64,000 nt of DNA from Mobula birostris (Eukaryota): the NCBI RefSeq assembly GCF_030028105.1, contig NC_092384.1:3701665-3765664 (forward strand), written 5' to 3'. The translations under genes were made by a program, and so were the position numbers. The notes beneath the pieces were generated by a model. That model did no database searches. It saw nothing but the letters and a program-made list of their open reading frames with translations, and had not been told where the DNA came from. Shown piece by piece: positions 50,340 through 60,845 of the stretch; position 1 is the stretch's first letter; the number at the start of each line of letters is the position of its first letter.

Positions 50340-53300
50340 GCGATAGCTCACCACATAGAACATAGTACATAGAAAAGTATAGCAGGGTAACATGTCATAC
50401 GGCCATAATGTTGAGCCGATCCAGCAAAAACCTAAGTTAAAAAAAATCCAAAAACGAATTCCTCCACATCTCCCCATCTTCCTCATATTCATATGCCTAT
50501 CAAGACGACGCTTAAAAACTTCAAACGTATTTTCCTCTACCGCCATATCAGACGCTGCATTAAGGGCATCCACCATTCTCCGGGTTTAAAAAAAAAACTT
50601 TCTCATACCCTTTGAAGCTATTCTCTTACATTCGATGCGTGCTATTTGGCGAATCAAGAACTTATCTATCTATGCCTTAAATGCGACCAATAAATTGGCC
50701 TCCACAGCCAAACCTGGCAACGAATTCCACAGATTTATCACCCTCTGACTAAAGTAATTTCTCCGCAACTCTGTTCTAAGTGGATGTTGTTCAATCCTGA
50801 AGTCGTGCCCTCGTGTCCTAGACACCCTCACCATGAAAATAACTTTGCCATATCTATTCTCTGCAGGCCATTGAATATTCGGAAAGTTTCTATGAGATCC
50901 CCCCTCATTCTCCTGAACTGCAGAGAATACAGCCCAAGAGCTTCCAGTCGTTTTTCAAGCATTAACCCTTTCGTTCCTGGAATTGTTCTCGTGAATCTTG
51001 ACCTAACACTCTCCAATGTCAATATATCGTTTCTAAAATAAGGAGTCCAAAACTGCACACAATACTCCAAGTGTTGTCTTACGGGTACTTAAAGAGCCTC
51101 AACATCACACACCTGTTTTTATATTCTATAACTCTAAAAAAAAATGCCAACAATGCATTCGTCTTTTTCACCACCGATTCAACTTGAAGGTTAACATTTA
51201 GGGTATCGTGCACAAGGGTTCCCAAGTCCCTTTGCATTTCTGCATTTTGAATTGGTTCCCCATCCATTGTATTTAATTTGCCACTTCTTTGCCCCTTCCT
51301 CTAAACTACCTAATTCCCTCTTCAGGCTCCTTGTTTCCTCAACACTATCCCCCTATCTTTGTATCATCGACAAATTTAGCCACAAGTCCATTAATCCCAC
51401 AGTGCCCATCATTGCCAGACATCGTAAATAGCAGTAGTCCCAGCACCGAACCAGTCGAACTCCACTGGTAACATGCAAACAGCCAGAACAGGATCTCTTT
51501 ATTTCCACATTCTGTTTTCTGCCGATCAGCCAATGCTCCACCCATGCTAGCAACTCTTCTGTAATTCCATGGGCTCTATCTTACTGAACAGCCTCATGTA
51601 CAGAACCTTCTCAAAGGACTTCTGAAAATGCAAGTACAACACGTCTACTGCATCTCCTTTGTCTACGCTGCTTGTAATTTCCTCAAACACTGCAGTATGC
51701 GAATCGGGCAGAAAATTCCTTTCAGGAAATCATGGTGGCTTTGTCCAATCTTGTAATGTGCCTCCAGGTAGTCCGTTATGTCATCCCCAACAATCAATTC
51801 CAACAACTTCCCAACGACTAACAGGTCTATGATTTCCTTTCTGCTGCCACCCACCTTTCTTAAATAGTGGAGTAACTTTCTCAATTTTTCAGTCATCCGG
51901 TATTATGCCAGAATCTATCGATTCTTGAAAGATCATTATTAATGACTCTGCAGTCTCTGCAGCTAGTTCTTGCAGACCCAAGGGTGCAGTCCAACGGTTC
52001 TAGGAGACTTATCCACGCTCAGAACCTTAAGCGTCCTGAGCACCTTCTCACTCATAATTTTCACTGCACATACTTCATTTCCCTCCCACTCTTGAATGTC
52101 CTATATACTGCAGATGCCTTCCACTGTAAAAACTGATACAAAATACACATTCAATTCCTCTGTCATCTCTGAATCCCTCATTAAAATATCTGCAGCGTCA
52201 AAAATACTTTGACTGATAAAAACAAGCATCACTTAACCTTTGTTAACCGCACTATCGACTTGAAACACCTCACCTTTATCAGGGTAAAAATAATCATCTT
52301 GTCAGCCCTGTGGATTTATCCACCCAAATTGGATCAGCATTTCAAGATCTCCTCCTTGTTAATCAATGCATGAGCTCATCGTTGTCAAGCCAAGTGCAAC
52401 GCCGCCAACGCCTGGTAATATCTTTCTGATCTCTCTCGCTTCGATTAAAACTTGACCACGGTGATTATCATGACGACCAGTTTGGTCTACTGCTCTTATT
52501 ATATCTGTAGAAATGCTGCTATTCCCCTTCACAATGTCCAATAGTGCAAACTTATGGCCTCATGATTTCACTCTTTAGTGTCTCTCTCATTTCATACACT
52601 TGCCAAGTAACCCATTTGTTCTTTGTTGTCTGTATATTAGATAGAATAGAATACTACAGCAGAGTGCAGGCCCTTTGGCCCACAATGTTGTGCCAACTCT
52701 CAAACCCTGCCTCCTATATAAGCCCCACATTAAATTCCTCCATATACCTGTCTGGTAGTCCCTTAAATTTCACTAGTGCATCTGCCTTCACCACTGACTC
52801 AAGCAGTGCATTCCACGCACCAACCACTCTCTGAGTGAAAAAAAATCCTCTAATATCCCCCTTGAACTTCACACCCTTACTTTAAAGCCATGTCCGCTTT
52901 CATTGGGCAGTTGTGCCCTGGCTAAGAGGCGCTGTCTATCCACTTTATCTATTCCTCTTAATATCTTGTATACTTCTATCATGTCTCCTCTCATCCTCCT
53001 TCTCTCCAAAGAGTAAAGCCCTTGCTCCCTTAATCTCGGATCATAATCCATGCTCTCTAAACCAGGCTGCATCCTGGTAAATCTCCTCTGTGCCCTTTCG
53101 AATGCTACCAGATCCTTCCTATAGTGAGGCGACCAGAACTAGACGGAGTACTCCAAGTGTGGCCAAACCAGAGTTTTATAGAGCTGCATCATTACCTCGA
53201 GATTCTTAAGCTCTATCTCTCGACTAATGAAACCTAACATCCCATAAGCTTTCTTAACTAACCTATCTACCTGCGCAGCAACTTTCAGGAATCCGTAGAC

Positions 53301-53693
53301 ATGTACCCGCAGATCGCTCTGCTCCTCCACACTTCCAAATATCCTGCCATTTACATTGTACCCTGACTTGGAGCTTGTCCTTCCAAGGTGTACCAGGTCA
53401 CACTTTTCTGAGTTGAACTTCATCTGAAACTTCTCAGCTCGTTTCTGCATCCTATCAATGTCTCCCTGCAATATATGCTATGTAGTTCTTTCTTATTTTA
53501 AGCCAGGCTTCAGATATCTCTCGATAACAAAGGGTCAGTAAACCTGTTTGCCTTGTGTTTTATTCTGACAGGTACATTCAGACGTGGTGGTCCCGAAATT
53601 TCTGAAGCCCACCCATTCATTTGCCAGAAAAGAACCTGAGCCAATACACCCTTTCCAATCCTGTCTGATAACGTCAAAATTGGCCATTCTCTG
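50340..53693 (-). mobile_element. Stacked reverse CR1 LINE fragments
   Basis: MEYCVQFWTPY, VAKFVDDTKIGG and LYKTLVWPHLEY motifs. Confidence 0.85.
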
Positions 53694-56600
53694 TGCAACG
53701 CCCTGGAGAAGGTTTCACTGCTAATGTAATGGTTTCTCTGTGGCGGCAGTGTTTGGCTTATAACTAGAGATAACGGGGGCTTTGGAATGTGCGGCGTCCA
53801 GTGAGAGGAGAGTTTTACTCTCTCGTGTGCCCCACAATGGAGAGGAGGTCGATTGCAGACGGAGTGGACTTGTAATGTGTGTCGACGAGGCCTGGGGAAA
53901 ATCGAATAAGAATGAACGGACGGGGAAATCGTGAGCTCCAACGTGCGCAATAGACTGTTTATTAAAAATGGGCCCATTTTCTTCTTTTTTTTTGTTTTCT
54001 TTGCTAGCCTTTCAGTCAAATTAAGTATTATAAACCTCAACGTTTAATTGCATATGGCGTACAGTTCGTTATTTCGTAGTACCGATTTGTAACAGTGAAA
54101 ACCATCACGCAGCATCCACACAAACGAGATTTCACCACTTTCGCGAGGGCGGCGACTGTCTTCTCCTAGACTAATGCAACCCGCCGAAACTAAGGGTTAC
54201 AGTTGTGAATGTATCGTTCCGGAATTGGTTTCGTTGAATGCTGTGTGATTACCCTGAGCATTGGACCAGTGGGTTTTGTGTTTTAACTCTGTGCTAGTAT
54301 GGATGTGGCCGGGTGGAGTGATGGTGTTCATCCACGGGTGTTACCGGTAATTAATTCGGGCGTGTTGAGTGGGATAGATATTCGTACTCCGATGAATTGT
54401 TAATTCGCCAGGTAAATACTGTTAAAGTTGTCGGAAAAAGTGTGATTATAGAGTGGAGGGGTTTGATAAACTGGCGGGCACAGATCTCGTTTCACTGCAG
54501 ACCATCTCTGACGTAACGGCAGCGGAGCGGGCCGAATCACCAGACGAGTTTCCCGTAGCTAGGATCGGAAATTTCAAAGACAGGGTTCTATTGTTTCTGA
54601 GAATTGAGGGGAAGGAGAGGCCGGTATTGTCTGTTACACTGTGGTGAATAGGGATACTTCAGGCGGCAGTTTGAACGACAGGAAACACTGCGGGGAGTGA
54701 GCCTACGGGTACCTGAGCAGAGCGACTCGTTGGGAATCCTTAAAAGAGACCCAGTGAAGGATAGCGAGGAGTATCGGTGAGGCGTGGGGGGCATATTTCT
54801 CGCAATATAGTAAGGAACACTCGAAAGCAAAGAACCCTATTTCTTAAGGCTTAATGGGGCTAAGCTCCAGCGTATCGCTACTGATAGAAGGTATTTATAC
54901 TGGAGCCATACTTGAGACAGAGTCGCAATTCACTTTGTTCTACCGTTCATTTTACAAGCATTAACGCCATTCAGTGCACTGGGTATCTGGGGTTTTATTG
55001 CGGCTGGTTATCCGTATGATGGTTACTTGTCAGTAAAACTAGAGCTTTCGGAGGCCGACGTGGGAGTGGCTGAGGGGCTTGATACATTACCGCTAGGCTG
55101 TCCGGACCCCGATGAGAAGGGCGGTGATTCAATTCTTGTGGAGACCAACACTCTTATGGTGATGAGACTCATGGGAGCCTGTAACGATAAAGCTGAAGAG
55201 AGCTTCTTGAGAAGATTGTCCGTTCACGCGGCTTTTCGAGCTGCTTGTGAGGAAGTGCGTGGCTGCATTTGGCTGGGAAACAAATTTAGACGAGGGACTG
55301 TGTGGCTCTTCAGTCCAAGCCAATCATGTTACGGCCCGGGGAAGTACCGAGAGTAATGGGAAACCCCACATTTTCCAGAATGCCCGAGGGCGAGGCCTTC
55401 TTGGTGGGTGCTCCGGAAGACCACGAAGAGGAGTCGGGAATGCCTGCTGTGGTACTGGTGAGGCCCGAACTGCAGAAGCGCTCGATTGTAGAGGCGAACA
55501 AGATGGGAGAGATTGTCAGAAATACTACTAAGTGGGAGGTCACATTCAAGCGGGGGCTTCCCCTGGTGCATCTTTTCCCGGAAACGGTAGTGCTTGTGTC
55601 CCTGTGAGACAAGCGGGGGAGAAATGATCTGAAAAGGGCGGAAAGTTGACCGCTGAGTCATTCAACTTCGGGGACTCCCAGGTACCAGCGGGTTATAGAG
55701 CAAGTTAATAGAGAAGATGTTGAAGCTGGGAGATGTCTTTTCCACTGACGAGTTTAATGTGGGTTGTTCCAAGAGCTCTATGCAGGTGACCAAAGACACC
55801 CTGTTCAGGGAGAGGTCACAGCAACTGGCTCCTGCAGAGGTGGAAGACGTTCGGTAGCATTCTGTAAGTTGAAGGAAGCTGAGATCATCATCGAGTCCAA
55901 AAGCCCCTATGCGTCACACAATAGTGGTGGACAGAAAAAAGAATGGGAAGGTATGGATATGTGTGGACTATAGGACTCTGAACATGCGTACCTTCTCCGA
56001 CCAATATATTGTCCCAAGGATCGAAGAAGCGCTGGCCTGTCTGGGTCGTCCAAAGTAGTTTAGTGTGCTGGACTTCAGGAGTGGATATTATCTGATCACC
56101 ATGACTGAGGCTGACAAAGAGAAGACGGCATTTTTATGTCACCAGGGATTCTTCAGGTTCGAAGGGCTGCCTAGGGCATATCAGGTCTGCCTGCAAACTT
56201 CCAAGCGTCATGGGGCATATGAGCTTTCTTGAAGTACTGGTGTATCTGGATGAATGCATAGTGTGTAGGTCCACATTGAAAAAACATGAAGCGGAGCTCA
56301 GTCAAGGGACATAGCGGTCCGAGTTTCGGTAGGGACGAGTGATAGGACAGGGGAAGCCTTGCCAGGTAGACCACAAGTATCCAAAGTAGTGGCGAAACAT
56401 GAAGAGGTAGATGAGGGACTATGGAGGTCTCACATATCAGAAGGCTACGGGATGAGCTGGCCTATATAGCACTGGGGAAACGGAGTGTGACCCAAATTGC
56501 TTTGGGGAGCTATGTCACTGCCTTTTAAACCTGGGTTGGACTTTGTATCCTGACAGAAGGGATGGCAAATTATCACAAAGTTATCAGGATATGACTAAGT

Positions 56601-57167
56601 TTAGTGGGTGGAGCGTGTTACGCCCTAGGAAAGGTTTCACTGCTAATCTGATGGTATCTCTGTAGCAACAGTGTTTGCGTTATGACTAACGGAAGCTTTG
56701 GAATGTGTGGCGTCCAATGGGGGAAGTTTTTTTTTTGTTTGTTTGTTTTTCCTGTGTTCCTGAGAAGTAGGCAGACACGGTTTTTGTTTCGGCGGAGGGT
56801 GCAGAGAGAAGAAAGAAGGGCGAGGATATAGACTACAGTATGTCGTGGACTTGGAATGGGATCGGGACTCAACAACAGCCGGGGGATATCGATGGAGAAC
56901 GAACGGACGGGAAAATCGTGAGGTCCAATGAGTGCATCAGAATGTTTCCTTAAAATGGGCCTTTTTTTACTAACCCGATCGTCAAATTAAGGATCATAAA
57001 GCTCAATCATTTAATTGCATGTAGTGTACTGTTCGTTATTTCGTGGTACTGATTTTTAACAGGTGAAAACATCAGGCAGCATCCACACAAATGAGATTTC
57101 ACCAACTGGCGTGGGCGACGACTGTGTTCTCCTAGACTAACGCAGCCCATTGAGCCTGGGGGTTATA
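53694..57167 (+). mobile_element. Decayed, internally deleted Gypsy-type LTR retrotransposon (family 2) with both LTRs
   Basis: Similar LTRs at about 53694-54200 and 56614-57167, with a purine-rich PPT before the 3' LTR. The interior holds PNMA-like gag fragments (55027-55660) and RT fragments (SKSPYAS, CVDYRTLN, VLDFRSGY; 55800-56300). Flanks are TCTG/TCTA. Confidence 0.82.
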
Positions 57168-57365
57168 TCTAATTTAAATATTTACCCCAAGGAACAAAAA
57201 CCTATCTTTCCGCCAAATTATAATCAAATTAATGGAATTATCGTCAGATACATTTTTTTCCCCCAAACACATTTTTGTTACCTGCCCTGGCTCATTTCGT
57301 ATCCTTCGGATAACAGCAATACCGTTAGGTCGTCTGTTATTTTAATGTTCTGCACATCGCCGCAA

Positions 57366-57383
57366 TGACGTCAAAGTGAAACC
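57366..57383 (+). promoter_or_regulatory. CRE palindrome abutting an IRF-binding-like motif, about 150 nt upstream of the leader A ATG
   Basis: TGACGTCA (57366-57373) runs directly into AAAGTGAAACC and is conserved in the cassette B copy. Function is inferred from motif only. Confidence 0.55.
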
Positions 57384-57518
57384 AGGATGTAAGGGTTGTG
57401 CAGTCTATTTGCAAAACCATTTCCACAGGACCCTCGAAAAAGCTTCTCATCACTGTGCAATGTGATTGAACTTTTGAGATACGGTCAATACTTTCTGATT
57501 TAATCACTTTCATTCACA

Positions 57519-57573
57519 ATGCATATATTTGATAAGCTGCTTAATCTCTTCGTTCTGCAGATTGTGTACACAG
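57519..57573 (+). CDS. Leader (signal peptide) exon of cassette A
   Basis: ATG at 57519 reads MHIFDKLLNLFVLQIVYT, followed by a phase-1 donor ACAG|GTATGT that joins in frame to the V exon at 57823. Confidence 0.82.
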
Positions 57574-57822
57574 GTATGTATACAATTCCGTCGTTGATCT
57601 AGAATAATGAGTTGTGAGATATTCAGAAATAGTTTGTGACAAGCAACTGCCTAAGAAGTAAACCGCAGTTTTGTTGTTTTAAATTGATTTACTTTACTCA
57701 CAGTCGAATGGATCTATTTCTGTCACAGTGATATTATAAACGCATATTTTGATTTTATTATGTTTCTCAATAAACCCAACCATTATACTCTGATAACGAT
57801 TGTTTTTTTTTTCATCTGACAG

Positions 57823-58143
57823 TTGCTGACAGGGCGTCGTTCACAGTGCGCCAGGTTCCTGTGCAGGTGACTAAGGCAGAAGGTGCAAATGTGTCAATTT
57901 ACTGCACCTACTTAATCTGCGCTCAGAACACATCGATGTCTGTTTATTGGTGGAAAGAGGGAGAAAAACAATATTTAGATCCTATTGCAGACAGAAGGAT
58001 GAGTATTATAACGACAAAGCAAGGTTTTGTCGAATTCCTTATCTTCGGCCTGAGATTCGGAGACTCCGGAATCTATTATTGCAGTGTGAGAGACTGGACA
58101 AGAAAGTTTTTCCAAAGCAATGGCACGAGCGTTTTTGTACACG
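57823..58143 (+). CDS. V-set exon of cassette A (VJ type)
   Basis: Acceptor T-tract CATCTGACAG|TT, 321 nt phase 1-1. Reads VADRASFTVRQVPVQVTKAEGANVSIYCTYLICAQNTSMSVYWWKEGEKQYLDPIADRRMSIITTKQGFVEFLIFGLRFGDSGIYYCSVRDWTRKFFQSNGTSVFVH. Donor CACG|GTAATT. Confidence 0.92.
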
Positions 58144-60068
58144 GTAATTCTTACTCGGCGTGTCTTAGACAAATGTAACTAATAAATTAAACAGATCGCG
58201 TTAGATATTGATAAAGTACAATAAGAGACTGCCTCTCCATCCACAGTAGTATTCTTCATTTCGGGTTTGAATAACCACTGTTTACTGTTGGTGGAACAGT
58301 GGAATCTCGGAAAGAACATGATGTTGAGTGCACGGTTATTGCAGCAACGCCACTCTGCTAGCTGATACAGCTCGCTCTTGTATGTCCCCCCCCCTTTCCA
58401 TCAGAAACTCTGCCAACAATTGTTGTATCATTACCAAATGTATTGATGACATTTTAGCTATGCCTAGCCACATAGCCATGGGTATAGAGAGAGCAGAGCT
58501 GTGGGTTAAGGACACATCCCAGTGGTGCGCCAGTGTTGATAATCTCTGAGTAGGAGTCATTAATACAAAGTGTGGTCTCAGGTTAGAAAATTCGAGAATC
58601 AAATTGCAGGGGAAATACAGCTTATCCTATACCATAGCTTATCCATATGATGGTGATAAAAAAAATAATAAAAAAAAAACTCTAGTCAACGAATTGCAGA
58701 CAGCATCGTGACAAAGTTTTGGTATTGTCCTGGTGATCTAAGGCCGTCTGTGGAGCCGTTGCCTGTGATTCTAGTCCTGTGAGCTGCCATATCTGCTGCC
58801 ATCAATTCTAATTCTAAAAAAACTGCAGTAGCGTGCACTAGATACAGTACCTGTCTAAACTGTCAATGAGAAATTTATAATTTATTTTGCTTATCGATGA
58901 AATCTACAATTTCTGGTCATCATTCAGCCATATATTTGAGGCAACATTTTTAAATTACGCGTTCTCTTTTCACCTTACGCCTGAATTACTGCATCAATTA
59001 CTATAGTACTATATTGCCCAAAAAAGACTATTATTCTTTTTGTTCCAACATCATTTTCAAATCTTTCCCTCAAGTTAGAAACGTTATCCAGAAAAAAAAA
59101 ATCCTACTTTATATTCCTTACTGAACTGCAGGGAATTTTCATCATTTTGTTATAACTTGCTGCAGCCTCAGAGACAAAGCAAGAACGTATAGCGTCCAAC
59201 ACAACAAACATATAATAATCCGTGATATTTAAAAATAAATATTTCACCAGATCCATTCGCAATAATGGAAAATCGTATAATAGCTCTGGCACATTTGCTC
59301 TATAAATTCTGTTCTAATCACAAGAGAATCAAATACCTCAGCTTTATTCTTTCACTCGTACTGCAATCCCTGCCTGTCATGTTCCTCCTGTTACTTATTC
59401 TTTTTCATTCACCTGGTTACCCCTGATTGCAGCAAGGTCCAACATGCTGTCTTCCACAATCATGAGCTGTCGATCCTCTGTGTCCAACAACCATTTTTTT
59501 TTCTGTCACTGGTGAAGGGTTACAAGGTTTTAGTAGTCACTGAGTTCTGTTCCTGTATGTGAATGCTACACCTGAACCCCACCCGTTGAGTTAATCGCAT
59601 TATGTCAGACAGCATCAAAATGAATGTCGGAAGAAACAGTTTATTGGGGAAATAATGGAAATTCAATCATTATAAATTACAACACCTGATATGCCATGCC
59701 ATCATTGAAGGAATGACATTAAATGTCACTAAATACCCTACCCCGGAACAATCTCACTACGCTGTGTTTGGTTCATTAATTTTATTGATGTGTTAATATA
59801 TGCTTGTTGTAGGCAACTGAGAACTGGAATTTTATTTTGAAATGATTCGGGTCCTAACGAGCTCAGGACAATGACCAATTACAATCACTTCTTTATTGTT
59901 GTTGCTGAATCTTTCCGCCTAATGATAATCAAAATAATGGAATTATCGTCAGATACAATTTTTCCCCAAACTCATTTCTGTTACCTGCCCTGTCTCATTT
60001 CATACCCTCCTGATAACATCTGTACCATTAGGTCGTCTGTTATTTTAAATTTCTGCACATCGCCGCAA

Positions 60069-60086
60069 TGACGTCAAAGTGAAACC
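60069..60086 (+). promoter_or_regulatory. CRE plus IRF-like motif upstream of leader B
   Basis: Identical TGACGTCAAAGTGAAACC. Confidence 0.55.
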
Positions 60087-60220
60087 AAGATGTAAGGGTT
60101 GTGCAGTCTATTTGCAAAACCATTTCCACACGACCCTCGAACAGCTTCTCATCACTGTGCTATGTGATTGAACTTTTGAAACACCGTTAATACTGTCTGA
60201 TTTCATCACTTTTAATCAAA

Positions 60221-60275
60221 ATGCATATATTTCATAAGCTCCTTAACCACTTCGTCCTGCAGATTGTGTCCACAG
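60221..60275 (+). CDS. Leader exon of cassette B
   Basis: Reads MHIFHKLLNHFVLQIVST, with donor ACAG|GTATGT. Paralog of 57519-57573. Confidence 0.82.
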
Positions 60276-60524
60276 GTATGTATACAATTCCGTCGTTGAT
60301 CTGCAATAACGAGTTGCGAGATATTCAGAAATAGTTTGTGAAAAGCAGCTGCCCAAGAAGTAAACCGCAGTTTTGTTATTTTAAATTGATTTACTTTACT
60401 CACAGTCGAATGGATCTATTTCTGTCACAGTGATATTATAAACGCATATTTTAATTTTAATATGTTTCTTAATGAAGCCAACCATTATACTCTGATAACG
60501 ATTGTTTTTTTTTTCATCTGACAG

Positions 60525-60845
60525 TTGCTGACAGGGCGTCGTTCACAGTGCGCCAGGTTCCTGTGCAGGTGACTAAGGCAGAAGGTGCAAATGTGTCAAT
60601 TTACTGCACCTACTTAATCTGCGCTGAGAACACATCGGTGTCTGTTTATTGGTGGAAAGAGGGACAAAAACAATATTTAGATCCTACTGCAGACAGAAGA
60701 ATGAGTATCATAACTACAGAGCAAGGTTTTGCCGAATTCCATATCTTTGGCGTGAGATTCGGAGACTCCGGAATCTATTATTGCAGTGTGAGAGACTGGA
60801 CAAGAAAGTTTTTCCGAGGCAATGGCACGAGCGTTTTTGTACACG
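60525..60845 (+). CDS. V-set exon of cassette B (VJ type)
   Basis: 321 nt phase 1-1, ending ...CSVRDWTRKFFRGNGTSVFVH. It differs from the cassette A V exon at 14 nt by manual alignment. Confidence 0.92.

Larger units (their letters stand above)
57204..59908 (+). repeat. First unit of a 2.7-kb tandem duplication (promoter-L-V-truncated intron)
   Basis: Homologous sequence recurs at an offset of about 2700 nt (57823 vs 60525). The junction carries ATCT microhomology at 59909-59912. Confidence 0.85.

Noticed and set aside
55027-55661. PNMA-like domesticated gag gene
   Set aside because: It is fragmented by frameshifts and lies between two LTRs next to decayed RT.
57724-57760. RSS heptamer CACAGTG in the leader-V intron (also 60424, and inside the V exons at 57842 and 60544)
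   Set aside because: No nonamer at 12- or 23-nt spacing, wrong position relative to the V 3' end, and the V already contains the J-like strand.
1-60845. Calling the locus TCR, Ig, NCR3 or SIRPA by symbol
   Set aside because: There are no separate D/J segments, the TM lacks the charged residues of TCR or NKp30, and only one C1 domain is present. Orthology cannot be established without searches.
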